Origin: Daphnia carinata
Lineage: Eukaryota
Direction: 5' to 3'
DNA length: 64,000 bases
Assembly (NCBI RefSeq): GCF_022539665.2
Contig: NC_081333.1
Span: 5,828,001 to 5,892,000, forward strand
Below, piece after piece: positions 22,001 through 33,883 of this stretch. The translations under genes were made by a program, and so were the position numbers. The notes beneath the pieces are model-generated. The model saw nothing but the letters and a program-made list of their open reading frames with translations. It ran no database searches and had not been told where the DNA came from. The stretch's first letter is position 1, and every line of letters begins with the position of its first letter.

Positions 22001-25000
22001 AGTAGATTGGGTCCCCGAAGCAAATTTTGGTTTATCGATGTGCCACCAAACTCAGCAGCTCCATCGAATACAACGCGAACTTTGGTCGATGAGCTGGAAG
22101 GGCTCACGACCCCGTGGTGTGGCAGGTACCACGTCTTGTTTGTCTCCGTCTGAGCTTCTTGGGTCGTTAGGAGCCGGGCGTGTTTTAACCCGATGTACTC
22201 CTTGACTACTGCATCGTACTTGTGAGCAAACTCCTCGTCTCGATGAAAACGTCGTTCGAGAGCGTAGAGCCTCTTCAATGCAGCTGCCCGATTATTTGGG
22301 AGATTTACTTCGTCGGTTTTCCACATTAAGCCGACTTGATACTGGTTACCGATACGTTTTACTGACGATTCGAGGATGCGTTTTCCACGTAGATCATCCT
22401 CGGATAGAACGGGTGGTTCTATCTCTACTTCACTGGCCTCAAGTTGCCAGAACTTCTTCACCATCTCGTTTAGGTCTTCGGGACGTTCCTCGATGGCCAG
22501 ATGAGCGTTGAACGGGCGTCCGTCTTGCGGTGGACCTGTTTGTCCACCCAGACACCAACCAAACGGCGTCTTGAAGGCGATGGGCCCAGTCGTTCCAGCC
22601 GGCGGCTTGATGGAAGCTACATGATCGTGGGCCTCTGCGACGTCGATTCCTATCAGCACGGTCACGTCCTCTTCTTGCACGGTTGAGACGTCAATACCAC
22701 GTAGGTGTTTCCATGACTCCAACTGTCGAGGGTCGATCGGCGAATTCGGCGTCACCTTCAAATTGTCGACGGCGTAAGCGTGTTTGACTTCAAACTGGCT
22801 GCTGCCGTCACGAGACGTTAGGGTGAAGTTTACTACGGAAGCCGTAACGTTAGACATGGCTCCGTCATACGAGACGACGTTGATGCGTTTTGATGGCCCA
22901 ACGAGTCCCAACTTTCTTACTAAATCGCTCCGAATCAGCGTGGTGTCGCTTCCGGTATCAAGGAAGCCGAAAGTGTCGACCCACGTTTTGCCAACTCCAA
23001 CACGAACCGGTACGATCTTGAAACGTACACGTCGTTTTACTGTTTCCAGATGGGTTAAAGTCCCAAGGAAAGCTGTCGAAGGTGGCGCTGATGGAGCAAT
23101 TGGATCCGCTAGCCTCCTCAATGGGACGAATTCGGATCCGTGAAGCAAGGTGTGGTGTCGGTTTCCGGTACAATCAGCAATAGTACAGCTGACGTCCCTG
23201 GGACATTCCTTGCGTTCGTGTTTCCCCGTAAGACATAACAGACATCTTCCGGACTTGAATACCTTCTCAGCCCTTTTCGTGGGCGTGAGAGACATGAAGA
23301 CGTTACAAGTTGAGAGATGGTGGCTCCTGCCATTACATACAAAGCATTTCCATCTTTCCGTCTTCTCGGCTGGCATCTTCCCCGATGTTGATCGGCTCCT
23401 TAGAGGCATGGTCGCTGAAGATGTTGACGCCGTTACTTTCGAACCTTCCATCGTCGTTACGTGTCCAATGGTCGACGTGTGTGGGAAGCTGAATCTCTTG
23501 ACGGGCTTCCTTTCGTCAAACTTTACACCTTTGGACGTCGACGTGGGTAGAGATTCGAATACATTTTTACCATGCTGCTTGCTCATGGATTTTAAAGTCA
23601 CCCAGTCGTCTAAGTCTAGAACATTAAGTTCTACTCCATTCTTTTTACGTTTCTCGTTCCATTTGTCCTTGAGGTAAGGCGTGAGTTTTGCTTCAAGGGC
23701 CATCAACGTTGTACGGCTATATAGCTCATGGGCATACTTCGACTTGGAGAGCGTGGCTACTGCACCATGAAGACGGTTTGCGAAGGTCTTGAGGCTGGCA
23801 GCATCTAAGCTCTTCAATGGCGGGACCTGTAGAAGGTCGTCGAGGTACGTCTGATCCATAATTTCAGTTCGGCCGTAGACCGCGTCCAAACGTTCCCACA
23901 GCACGGAGTACATCGTTCCATCGGTGAGACATTCACCGACTTCGTTCCGTACCTCTTCGGCTAGCAGCTCCTCCAACATGAAAAGAAGTACCGGAGAATC
24001 TTCGTACTCTTCATACAAGGCCTGGAATTTAGCCTTGAATCGTGCGTAGTTCTTCGGATTGCCGTCAAATGGCTGGATCTTGAAGTTGGGAGGTTGTAGT
24101 CGGCTGCAACAGCTGCTATGCGGACGATTTACTTGACTGTGGGGGTGAGAACGTTCGGAGTGTTCATCTTCTTCGTGATCCGTAGGGTCGCAACGGGACG
24201 TCATCGTGGCCATCGCACCTCGCCGCGGGTCTCGTGGAGATGCATCGGCGGCGACCAATCTTCTGCGATGACGGACAGCATCCTCCATCGTGCGTATGGG
24301 TGACAGGGCTGGAACCTCTTGACGTGCTTGTAAGACTGGTGATCGTTCAGGAAGTCGTTGATCTTGAATCGTTCGGGGCTGAACTTTCATCTCGTCTACT
24401 TCCGTTCGAAGGTCTTCGATTTTAGCGGACAAATCCACCTTAACCGCGTCAATTTTCTGATCCAAACCGTCCAACGTGTGGTGTGCTTCCCGTACTAACG
24501 TGTTGTTGGCCGCGATGTCTTTGGACGTGACTCTTGAGCTATCAATGAGCTTACTAAGTTGTTCGCTCATGCTCCTTAACGCCTTGTTGAGGGTTTCTGT
24601 GATGGAAGTTGTATTTGCTTCCATCTGGGCCCTTGCCGTTTCCAACTTCAATTCCAACTTCAGCATCCGAGCTTCAGCCTCCAATTCCTCTTGAGTTGAT
24701 TGTTGGGGGAGGCTGGTTGGTTTAACGCTGGTACGCCTTTTTTCGGATAACGTGGTACTACATGTGATGTCCGAGGCTGATGTCCCAATCGAGCTGACGG
24801 ACTGATTTGAGGAAGTGGCATAGCGACTTGCGAATTTGACGATTTCAGCGTGGTCTGTTTCGAAGTCTACTTCCCACTTATCACATGCTTGACGTTGCTG
24901 GTCAGTCAGGCCGGATATACTTTCTGCATACTGGTTGTGAATTGCTTTGACTTCTTCGTATATACGAATCAATTCGTCACGCCATGTGGTTACTTGTAAC

Positions 25001-25296
25001 TTCTTTAATCTGATGGCCCCCATCTTGTGGTCTTCCACAGCCTTTCTGAGTTGTGTCGTTAACTTCGTGTGGGCCGCCTTTCTCTTCCCACGTTTCTTCT
25101 TGAGATCGTTTTCGGGAAGTAATGGCCGTTCACTCTTCTGCCGTTCAGGTTTCGATACGTCTACCATTGGGTTCGGGCCGTGTTCCCAAATGTGGCCAAT
25201 TTCCATATTTTCGGCTTTGGGTGCGGCTTCACTCATGACGTAGAAACGTTTTCTTAGGCTGATAGAGTCACACGTTAACGGATGTCGATGATTCAC
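19063..25296 (-). CDS. BEL/Pao Gag-Pol polyprotein (likely ATG at 25236)
   Basis: Gag PFDGNPKNY, triple zinc knuckle, protease FLDTGS, RT (ADIEKMF, FYVDN), Pao RNase H (VFTDAS, IPRLEL), integrase (GIDYFGP, YSDNGTNF, GGVWER) and a C-terminal PLTPNHFL/FWNRW domain. Confidence 0.97.
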   Translation of the reverse strand: MNHRHPLTCDSISLRKRFYVMSEAAPKAENMEIGHIWEHGPNPMVDVSKPERQKSERPLLPENDLKKKRGKRKAAHTKLTTQLRKAVEDHKMGAIRLKKLQVTTWRDELIRIYEEVKAIHNQYAESISGLTDQQRQACDKWEVDFETDHAEIVKFASRYATSSNQSVSSIGTSASDITCSTTLSEKRRTSVKPTSLPQQSTQEELEAEARMLKLELKLETARAQMEANTTSITETLNKALRSMSEQLSKLIDSSRVTSKDIAANNTLVREAHHTLDGLDQKIDAVKVDLSAKIEDLRTEVDEMKVQPRTIQDQRLPERSPVLQARQEVPALSPIRTMEDAVRHRRRLVAADASPRDPRRGAMATMTSRCDPTDHEEDEHSERSHPHSQVNRPHSSCCSRLQPPNFKIQPFDGNPKNYARFKAKFQALYEEYEDSPVLLFMLEELLAEEVRNEVGECLTDGTMYSVLWERLDAVYGRTEIMDQTYLDDLLQVPPLKSLDAASLKTFANRLHGAVATLSKSKYAHELYSRTTLMALEAKLTPYLKDKWNEKRKKNGVELNVLDLDDWVTLKSMSKQHGKNVFESLPTSTSKGVKFDERKPVKRFSFPHTSTIGHVTTMEGSKVTASTSSATMPLRSRSTSGKMPAEKTERWKCFVCNGRSHHLSTCNVFMSLTPTKRAEKVFKSGRCLLCLTGKHERKECPRDVSCTIADCTGNRHHTLLHGSEFVPLRRLADPIAPSAPPSTAFLGTLTHLETVKRRVRFKIVPVRVGVGKTWVDTFGFLDTGSDTTLIRSDLVRKLGLVGPSKRINVVSYDGAMSNVTASVVNFTLTSRDGSSQFEVKHAYAVDNLKVTPNSPIDPRQLESWKHLRGIDVSTVQEEDVTVLIGIDVAEAHDHVASIKPPAGTTGPIAFKTPFGWCLGGQTGPPQDGRPFNAHLAIEERPEDLNEMVKKFWQLEASEVEIEPPVLSEDDLRGKRILESSVKRIGNQYQVGLMWKTDEVNLPNNRAAALKRLYALERRFHRDEEFAHKYDAVVKEYIGLKHARLLTTQEAQTETNKTWYLPHHGVVSPSSSSTKVRVVFDGAAEFGGTSINQNLLRGPNLLVSLLGVLIRFRRNLVPVGADIEKMFHQVKVPEADQAAFRFLYRTPGSNSVPLTYQMTVHVFGAISSPTSCIFALNRTADDYSSQFPDVADSVRRNFYVDNYLDSFDSEDEVIKRSREMKSLLQLGGFNLTKWTSSSRMVIAALREFGLASPTLDLDLEKLPVERTLGVMWDSERDMLTFKIRKSPHNVTLTKRAFLSIISSVYDPLGLVAPVIFVMKSLLQDIWTNEERIGWDDVVPEALSQRFYCWYDHLENLESLSVPRCFRFKRGRWTQQCLHVFTDASSKGFGAVAYFRTVFEDHSVNVSFVMSKTHVTPVKGLTIPRLELQAAVEGLNIALTICRELEIDLRQVTFHTDSQTVLRWIHSKTCRFEVFVNNRIGKILRNTGRRQWRHVAGVSNPADLCSRGIDPKDVDELAYFHRGPSFLILDPSEWYSWEEISEPEERDVNVIRVLAVKTEDENHAIDNCVARFSSLVKIQRVLAWTTRFTNNARAKIRDEKPMVGELTVEEMVTSLKKCIVRAQELAFAEEVYALRKNLELPLRSKLRTFQPFLDEAGQTRIGGRILHAPIDYAAKHPILLPASQLLTKRIIWDHHVRNLHVKTERLLTDLRSRYWILSGRKVVKSVLNNCWPCKRTSAKPSPPLMASLPVHRLTPHLAAFTYTGIDYFGPLTVRVGGRGRRHEKRWISLFTCFTTRAVHLEVANGLSMEEFLLCFSRFVSLRGKPKVVYSDNGTNFVAAEQELRQALEELISKHEELQTSMACQQIEWHFSPPHGPHFGGVWERIVQSCKRAMKTSIGNCLVTDQVLRTVIAEVAALLNARPLTHLSMDPGDPDPLTPNHFLHGGARPYVPLQLADVEDLNVTNKQFQQSQAILQHFWNRWLREYVPHLTERRKWQENRPNVTVGDLVLAVEPSTLRGQWPMGKVLEVIPSVTDNVVRVVKVKLSNHPKPCIRPVAKLCIMVAAKDQEVYAKEEKMEPLTA

Positions 25297-25464
25297 GTAG
25301 ATACACCGATCTTCTTGTCAGATGGCAAACGCGTGGTGGACAGGTGGGTGCCTTCAGGCTGGCGTGGACGTCTGCCAAAGGTTTTCCAGGGAGAATACCC
25401 AACAATTTTACAATCAAGCGAGGGTTTTTACTAACGAGGATGGAATTTGCACGTGTTCGTCAAA

Positions 25465-25482
25465 TCCCGGGTTTCGGCACCA
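25465..25482 (-). promoter_or_regulatory. Primer binding site complementary to tRNA-Phe 3' end
   Basis: Minus strand reads TGGTGCCGAAACCCGGGA, 2 nt after the 5' LTR. Plus strand TCCCGGGTTTCGGCACCA matches the eukaryotic tRNA-Phe 3' end as I recall it. Confidence 0.85.
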
Positions 25483-25484
25483 TT

Positions 25485-25868
25485 TGTTACAGACTCTCGT
25501 GCAAGAGTTGTAACAGAGAGAATGAGGGATGAGTGGTGATAAGGATGAAATGAAGATGACGATGATATAAAACAAAGTACTGCTTTATTTCAGGGCTGAG
25601 GGAAACAAAAAACGTCGCGCTTGATGCGAAATACGGGGACACAAACTGAGTGCAACTTTGATGCAACTCATTTGGATGGGGACAAAACGAGACAAGAAAC
25701 GAGAAAACAAAAGTGACTGTCTGGGTCGACAAAGAATACGATACTACCCTTTTCCCATGGAAAGGGGTAAAAAGACAACAACAAAACCAAAAAAAAAAAG
25801 GGCACCCGATACTAATCAGGCCCGTGCCCCCTACAGCCCTGCCCGCGAGGGCAGCACCGTAGGTGACA
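25485..25868 (-). repeat. BEL 5' LTR
   Basis: Direct repeat of 17511-17885, adjacent to the PBS. Confidence 0.96.
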
Positions 25869-26179
25869 ATCATTTTAGTTTTTATGGCTGGAACAATCGA
25901 TGAATTGTTCTTATTTGGGTAGTGTTTTAAACCAGTAACCTGTATGTTCTAGATTTCCTGTGTGTCCTTTCTGTGTATTCATGCAATTTAAGATTAATAT
26001 TTTAATTAAACATTAAATTTAGGTGATAATTTAAATTGATAAATTTTGCTTCCTGTTTAGAGTTGGGTCATGTGATCCAATGTTTTTGTTATCGTTGGCT
26101 GCTCTAGCATTTTAAAAGTTTAGTTACTGGTATTTCGTGAGGTAAGTTAATGTGTTAACCCTATATTACACTATTTAAA

Positions 26180-29100
26180 GGATTTGTAATAATATTTAGT
26201 TCTAAATCCCTTGTCTGTTAGCCAAGGATACTGCCAAAATGGATGATTTAGAACCCAAAAGCAAACAATTGAACATGGACGAATACAATGAAAGGAAAAA
26301 AATAGAAAGAAGCAAAAAAATCTCTTTCCTGGTACCCGTTGGTATGGTATTTGTAGCCCCAGGGTTCTTTTAAGCAAAAACGTTATTGGAACTAAGAATT
26401 TGCCTAAAGTTGGTAGGGAAAAAAGAACACGAGAAAGTTATTTAAAGAATCTTGATCAATGTTCATATTCTGGTGAGTTTATTTCAGATATACCATTAAT
26501 TAACTTAAGTTTTCATTGTATACGGTCATAAATATGTTTCCGTTGCCTGTTTTTGGTATTTTGTGAATTTGTTTCTTCGTCGTTTGTTTACAGGAAAAGA
26601 TAAAACTTCAAATATTTTAGACACACAGGAAGAAGCTGTTGCCTCTTCTTTATATTTTAAGGAGTATATGGAAAGTACCAGTGGAATGAGTGAGTTACAA
26701 AGTTCATCTTTTTCTGTGCGTCTCGTTCTTCAAAACAGTTAAAAAGATTGTATAAACAGGTTGTCTTCAAAATGTGTTTGAAGGCATCACCGTAGAAGAA
26801 AATGATGTTACAGTTGAACGACCAAAAGAAACTTGGTAAGAACGGGTGGAATCCACGGAAAATGCTTGAAAAGACATCTTTAAAAGCCTTCTTAATGGTT
26901 TTTGCCAGTCGAGCAAAAACGTTTGTGTCTCGTCTTCCGGAAAGTGTAGTTGTGAGTTGGCAAATTATGTCATACGATGCAATAGTTGTACCATTTTCTA
27001 TTGCGGAAACTGTGATTTAAAACACCAAGAAACTAATTTTTTCACAGGACGTTAGCTACGGCAACAACGTCGACGTATTTGGTTCTCCATCAATTTGTCA
27101 ATGCAAGTGGAGAACTTTTTTCAAAAGGTTTTAAGTAATAGTACTTGTAAGTCACCAATAATTTTATTTTTTTTTGTTATAGACATTTCAGTTCTTTGGT
27201 TTTAGACCTGAAAAATGCTCCAACTGTGAATGCCAAAAACAGTTGGAAATACTACCAGGCGATAAATATATAGCAGCTAGAACTAAAGATGGTATTTTTA
27301 GGGATCGTACAATACAGTTTACGTTTTAATCTTCTTGAAATATGGGTCGATTTGATTTAAAATCAACAAATTTCTGCTGTTCTAATTGCAAGTTTGTCGA
27401 AAAAGCCTCATTCGTAGATTAAATTTGTTCTGGATTCTGGCCAGGTTATCCTAATAACATTTCCTAGTAGATTTATTGCGGTATTGGTACCTTACTAAAC
27501 ACAATATGCCTGGAACCTCTCTAAACAAATTCTTCGAAACCCTTGAGATGCCTTTTGAAGGGTTTAAACCGGAATTTATGAGGTTAATTTATTTAGTTAA
27601 TTAAAATCCATCAAAATTTTAATTTGTAGTTCAAGCCAGTCAACAAGATTCATTTCCAAAACGCCAGTCGTCCTTATGAATATTTATACAGCTTATCGAG
27701 AATAAAATCAAATTATGGGATAAAACACTTTGTTTCAGTTGTAAAGGTAGTATGCTTGCTTCTCATCCGGATGGAAATTTCAAACTTGTTCGTCTGCTTT
27801 CCGAGGTACAACAACATTGTTATTTCGCAAAAATTCTTGTTATGAATATGCATGTATGTTTTCATCCCGTAGATTAAACCTGACATCTTTGTTCGAGAAA
27901 CTTTTCGTCACACTCATTTTATGTACGCTGATCTTCCAGAAAAAAAATGCTATTTTCATTCGGGTGATGTTATATGTCGTTGTTGGAAGTGGGCCCAATA
28001 AGTTGCGCTACTCTTCCCTGAATTTAAATCGACGATTGAAGATATGAAGCCATTTCTTGGAAGAATGCATGCAAAGGTGAACGTACGGTACTGCCAGCTA
28101 AATAATTAATTTTTTTTCCATAAACTACGTTTTACAAGAAAACTTTCACTTTTAGATTCTCTGGGTTGGGTATTGGATGTTGAATGCTGCCCTGACACTT
28201 GGAGAAGAGCAGGAACAAGTAAGTGTTCTCTAAAATGTCAAAATATGGCAGCGTGACGAAACGTATGGGAAAAGCAAGTATTCATATATTTAATGTAACC
28301 AATAATTCAAAATAGAATTGCCCTTACTAATATTCATAGACCACAGAGACCCTATAACTGCAGCTGTTCTATTCTAAAAGGTAGAAAAGGAAAAAGTAAT
28401 GGTTCACCAACTTTTTAAAAGAAGGGAGAGAGTCTGGAATTGACCATAATTTGTTTTATACAACGTTCAACCTTTATAAATTCATTTTTTAGGCTTTATA
28501 CCAAATAAAAGTTTCAAGTAAACAGCTTAAAAGTGATTTTGAAACATATCATTTAAAATCTGATGAACTTCCCAGGCTTCTTGAGGAACTCAGGAAGACG
28601 GCGGAAGAATACAAAGGTATCATTGAAGTTACTCAATTTAAAACGAATCTGAAAGTTAATTCATTCATTCCTATAAAGAGGGAAGGAAAAAAACAAAGAT
28701 ACGCAGTCTCCGTTAGAAATGGACCAAAAGTCTGTAGAAGGATATAACGCACATATCAAAATCCTTAAAAATCGAGTCTCTAGGATTGCCATAACATCTG
28801 GACAAAGGATAAAAATCAGAAAGGCAATGACGCTGTTGTCGAAAAAAATCCCTGAACTTGTGACGTTCATCACTACAAACTCGGAGTACAACATTAACGA
28901 AGACCACTTGCTGAATGGTCACTTTCCGTGGCAAAACTCTGAACCTGAATCTACTACCAAAACAAAAAGTATTTCTGCATTCGCTCAAGTATTTTAAAAA
29001 CGTCCTAAAAAATAAGAAATATATTTTAATTTTAGTGACCTTTCACGAAAAAGTCCAGATAATCGATAATTGGATGTTGCTATTGCGATCAAAGGAAGAA

Positions 29101-29505
29101 GTATTGCAGTCAGAAAAAGAGATGCGCAACTTCGTTAATTCTATCATGCCACAGAAAGTCTTACTCGAAACAGAAATAAATTCTCATGTTTCCTTGAAAA
29201 CGTCAACTAGTTCAACATTAAAAGAACATAGAATCGCTAAACAAAAGATCGTTCTCATATCGCATGAATTAGCTAGGCTACATGAAACGTTGATTTCTGC
29301 CGTTACTACATTTCGTGAAATCGACGAACAATTTGCAGATAAAACTGGCACAAGGAGTTTAGTTTCTTCCACCAAAAAAAAATTCATCACGGAAGAAACT
29401 AATATTGAGCATGACTACAACTTTTCAGACTTGGAAATTCTAGAAGATTCGTCTGATAAGGAAACGTCCGACAACTGGTCTGATAACGAAGAAATATCTT
29501 TTTGA
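26180..29505 (+). pseudogene. Kyakuja-Dileera-Zisupton (KDZ)-type transposase, multi-exon, decayed
   Basis: Motifs read by eye: Cys clusters at 26900-27400, CFSC...ASHPDGNFKL (~27730-27790), DVICR (~27966), GRMHAK...YCQ (~28060), AALTLGEEQEQV (~28185). Short introns and an acidic C-terminus. Confidence 0.7.
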
Positions 29506-31039
29506 ACTTGTACCAAAGAGTTTGAATATGATAAAAATATAATTGACTTTTTGATGTATCTCAGTTGCATTTTTAAAGGAACCACAAGTAATGCTGTATT
29601 GTTTTTGGGGTGATATAAGATGTACCGTTACATATTTAAATTCCCTGTAATAAAAAATGGCCGCCAGAGGCCAGTAGCTGATTGGGAGTAAAAATTTCGA
29701 ATTGTCGTTCAAGTGGCTTGACCTGGATCTATAAGGTGTTGACCTTGTATTACCCAGCTGATTTTTCAAAGTACAAAAAAAAAAGAAAAAAAGAAGAAGT
29801 CACCTCAGGCCATTAGGACTAACGCCCCTTCAGACCTTTTTCAGCTTTCAAAGTGACAACATGTCGTCTTCGTCTAGTATTTCGTCGAGTATTTCAAGGT
29901 ACGAGTCCGACTCGAGGGCAGCAAGCTTCTGTCATTGCAGCTTGCGCGGCTACCCACGGGCCGAGAAAGGAAAGAGGGACGTGGAAAGAGAGTTGGACCG
30001 TTGGGGCAGGCGCCCGGACCGAAGCGAGAGTCGCAGTTGCTCGCGTAGCCGATCGATCGTACGTGGTCGAGAGATCTCAGCTGGCTTGACGAGCCGTCGC
30101 AATCGTTACGAAACCGAAGTCCATCATCCGATCACGCCCGCAGTAGCAGCCGCTCGGTTGATTCGCTCTCGCAACCAGCGCCAAGTGACAGCCCTGCCTG
30201 AGAGGGTCGAGTCGGATTTGGAAGTAAGAAATGCCGGAAACCATTCCCTTGCTCAGGAGCAAGAACCCCTTCTCCCGAAGGCTTTCAGCTCGACAAAGCC
30301 CGTTCCAAGGAGCTTCGAAGCTGGAGGACTTCTATTCTAAAACCGGCGGAGTCCAGGCAACTACGGGAGAACTTCATGCCTTGCTTTGAAAAAAGTTCCT
30401 TCGACTTGCAGGTCCCGAAGTTGGACCCTTCGATGGCACGTAGACTCAAGGAGGTAAGAGGAGGGGAAGCTAGCAAGGCGGAGGCTTAAGAGAAGGCCCT
30501 CGCGGCCTCTCAGTATAAAATTTTAGATATTGCCAAACCGCTTCTGTATTTGTGGGAAAGCGCCACTTCTGATGCAGCCGCTATCGACCCGCTTCTCAGC
30601 GCAGCAGAGTCAGCCCTGCAGTTATGGGACCATGCCTTCCACAGTATCACTGCCCAGAGGAGAGAAAATGTGCTGCGCCAGACGGACCCCCGGTTCGAAT
30701 CCTTGCTATCCGGATGGGGTGGTTTAGAACAAAAGAATGTGCACTTCTTTTCGGCCGTACTTTCCTCAGGAGTATGGTTAGAGACGCGTCGGATACCAAA
30801 AACTGAAATCTCTAGGTCAACCTGGGGGAAGGCGGTCGAATCCCGCTTCGTCCTATGGGCCCAGCAGAACCAGCGGTTTCATATGGGGTTCGAAGGCGGA
30901 AGATTAGGATCCGGATTTAACTTACAAGGCAGCTTCAGCAAACGCGGCTCGAAACCCACCTCGTACAACCGCGGTTCCAGGTTAGTTTCTCCGGTTGTAT
31001 TTATTTTACCGACTACTGTGTCGCCGCCGATATCAGGTA

Positions 31040-32904
31040 ACGTTGTTGGGGGGAGGGTGCGAGATTTCGCTTCCCTTTGGCCATCGTTTACAGCCGATAG
31101 ATGGATTCTGGATTCGGTTTCTTTAGGAGTAAAGATTCCCTTTACCAAGTTACCGTCTTAGTCTACCACCGGTGTTAATATGTGTTTCAGTCCAGAAACG
31201 AGGGCAATCTGTGAGGCGGAGATAGCATCCCTTTTGGCAAAAGGAGCCGCGGGAAGGATCTCGTTAGATTGCATGGGCTTTGTGAGCGGTATTTTTGTGA
31301 TTCCTAAAAGCTCGGGTGGGTATAGACCGATTATCAATTTTTAAAGCCTTAATAAATTTGTGCAGCAGTTTCATTTTAAAAAGGAAGGCGTAAGTGTGAT
31401 GAAAGGATTGATAAGGAAGGGGGAATTTTTTCACGAAGATCGGTCTCCAAGACGCGTACCTTACCGTTCCCATCCACCCAGACCAGAAAAAGTTTTTGCA
31501 ATTTATGTGGGAAGGGTCGCTTTTCCAGTTTTCTTGCCTTTGCTTCGGGCTTTCGTCCGCCCCTTGGACATTTACTAAAAATTTTGAAGCCAGTGGCGGC
31601 CCTTTTGAGGAGAAAAGGAATTAGGATTGTAGTTTATTTAGAGGATTTTCTTATTTTGAATCAGTCCAAGGAGGGGCCGGAGCGCGATTTTGTTTTGGCG
31701 GTAGAATTGCTACAAAAATGTGGGTTTTTGGTCAATTGGGAAAAATCGCTAAGCACGGCCGATCAGGTGCGAGAGTTTTTAGGCCTCGTAGTGGACTTAA
31801 ACAAATTAGCTCTCTCCCTCTTACCCAAAAAGGTGCGTCAGATTGTTGAGATGTGTCGCAAGGCTAGCGCCGCTAACTCCGTCTCCCTGAGAGAACTGGC
31901 GAAGATTTTGGGTAATCTAGCCTGGGCAATACAAGCAATTCCCTTTGCCCAGGGCCCCTACAGATGTGTGCAAAGACAGTTTTTGAAGGAATCGGCACGA
32001 GTCAAGAGGGACCTAGCGGCAAAAATTAGATTAGACGAAGAATCGATTTCTGATCTAGATTAGTGGGCGTTCAATGTGGAAAGATCCAACGTTAGACCGC
32101 TTTCGACTCTAGAGCCCGACTTAACCATATTTTCAGACGCGTCCCGCTCAGGGACGACGCGAACGACGCCACAGCGAAAGGGCCATGGACAGAGCATGAC
32201 CAGTACCGCCATATCAACGAGCTAGAGCTGATGGCGGCCCTTTATGCTCTGAAATTTTTTTACAGTTACTTGTTACTGTTTACAAAATTAGCTTCACGGG
32301 TCTCGGTGCGGTTGATGATGGACAACATCACAACACAACATCACACTATGTGAACAAATCAGGCGGCTCGAGGTCTGAGGACTGAGGATGTCGAATAATT
32401 GCGCAGATCGTGGCGTGGTGTGAGCCGCGTACGATCACTATTAACGCTGTGTATCTTCCCGGTTCGCAAAATGTGATTGCAGATCGGCTGTCAAGGGCGC
32501 CTCTGGACTCGAGCGATTGGAAGCTCAACCCGGAATTGTTCAACAACCTGAGAGCTCGCTGGAGCCTAAGGGTAGACCTGTTCGCTTCGGCTTGGAACAG
32601 CCAGCTAGGACAGTTTGTTAGCTGGGGCCGTCAGCCGGGCGCATTGACGGTAGACGCGTTCAGCATCAGCTGGGCCAGTATAGACGCATACGCATTCCCG
32701 CGGTTTTGTCTGATTCAGAGGTGTCTGATAAAGATAATGAAGGAGCGGGCGGAGCTGACATTAGTGACTCCATATTGGCCATCCCAACCGCGGTTTCCGT
32801 CACTATTGGAACTGGCTTGCGAGCCGACGGTGATTCTTCCGAAAGAGAAGCTGCTGTGGGGACCGATGGGCCAGCTACACCCGCTGCTGAGTCACTGCTA
32901 CTAA
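31040..32904 (+). pseudogene. DIRS RT-RNase H-adenine methyltransferase-like ORF
   Basis: VGGRV...W, GGYRPIIN, IVVYLEDFLI (YxDD mutated), IFSDAS, HINELEL, NVIADRLSR, VDLFAS, YAFPRF, LVTPYWPSQP. Confidence 0.9.
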
Positions 32905-33883
32905 TCGCCTGGAGATTGTCAGGGGACGACTTGAAGGCAGCGGACTTTCGGACGGCGTGGTCGATCTTCTCTTGGGGGGAGCCCGTAGGACCACATCAGC
33001 TACTTACCAGTCGGCATGGAAAACTTGGCACAGTTGGTGTGTTCGAGAAGACGTTGATCCCGTGTCTCCGCCTCTAGCTAAGGTATTAGAATTCTTATCA
33101 TCGTTGGTAGACGAAGGGAAAGCGTATAGCACGATAAATGTCGCCCGTTCGATGCTATCTTCGACGTTGGGCAGGATCGACGACGTCGACATCGGCAAGC
33201 ACCCTCTCGTGGTGAAGCTGATGAAAGGAGCGTATAACCGGAAACCCCCGAGCCCGAAGTATACAGGGTTTTGGGACGTAAATCTCGTGGTAAGCTACTT
33301 AATATCTTTAGGGCCTAACAGCGAGCTGTCGTTTTCAGGTTTGTCGAAGAAATTGGCCGTTCTATTAGCCCTCTCAACTCTATGCAGAGTGTCTGAGCTG
33401 GCTAGCATCGTCAAGGATTCCATCGCAATCGAAGATAATCAAGTTAGGTTCGCCTTAACCAAACCAAGAAAGTCGGAACGAGCTTCCCCGCTATAAGTCC
33501 TCTCGTTAAGGAGATTGCAGCCCGTTACTCTGGCTTGTCCAGTTGAGACGCCAAAGGACTACATTTCAGCGTCGGAAGGGTTTCGCGTAGGAAGAAAATC
33601 GAACTTGCTGCTGTTGGCGCTACGTCCTCCTCACAGCTCAATAGGCGCCTCAACGGTAGCGCGGTGGATAAAGTCGGTTTTGTCTGAGGCGGGGGTGGAC
33701 ACGGCTGTCTATTCCGCCCATTCGACGAGGGGTGCTTCCGCGTCTAACGCGGTTGGTTTGGGAGTACCAACGGATGTTATTTTATCCGCTGGGTGCTGGA
33801 ATTCGGAGTCGACGTTCACGTGTTTTTACCGTCGCCCGGCTGCGGACGCATCGGTAGCGAATGCGTGGCAGGGAATCTGTTAG
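32900..33883 (+). pseudogene. DIRS tyrosine recombinase
   Basis: YQSAWKTW and YSTINVARS N-terminal domain, LALSTLCRVSEL, AHSTRGAS and AGCW...F..FY. One in-frame break at ~33496. Confidence 0.9.

Larger units (their letters stand above)
17511..25868 (-). mobile_element. Full-length, apparently intact BEL/Pao LTR retrotransposon
   Basis: Near-identical LTRs at 17511-17885 and 25485-25868, 5-bp TSD ATCAT (17506-17510, 25869-25873), PBS, and an uninterrupted 2077-aa gag-pol. Confidence 0.97.

Noticed and set aside
19115..25243. Numerous plus-strand ORFs
   Set aside because: Antisense shadows of the BEL polyprotein with no recognisable motifs.
25465..25482. tRNA-Phe gene
   Set aside because: Only the 3' 18 nt including CCA are present, next to an LTR. 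It is a PBS.
30981..31036. Possible 56-nt intron at the DIRS gag/RT boundary
   Set aside because: GT-AG is present, but the frame reads through and upstream frameshifts prevent a test of whether splicing restores an ORF.
32500..32904. Bacterial or phage DNA adenine methyltransferase plus integrase (prophage or horizontal transfer)
   Set aside because: Both domains are normal parts of DIRS elements and sit behind RT/RNase H.
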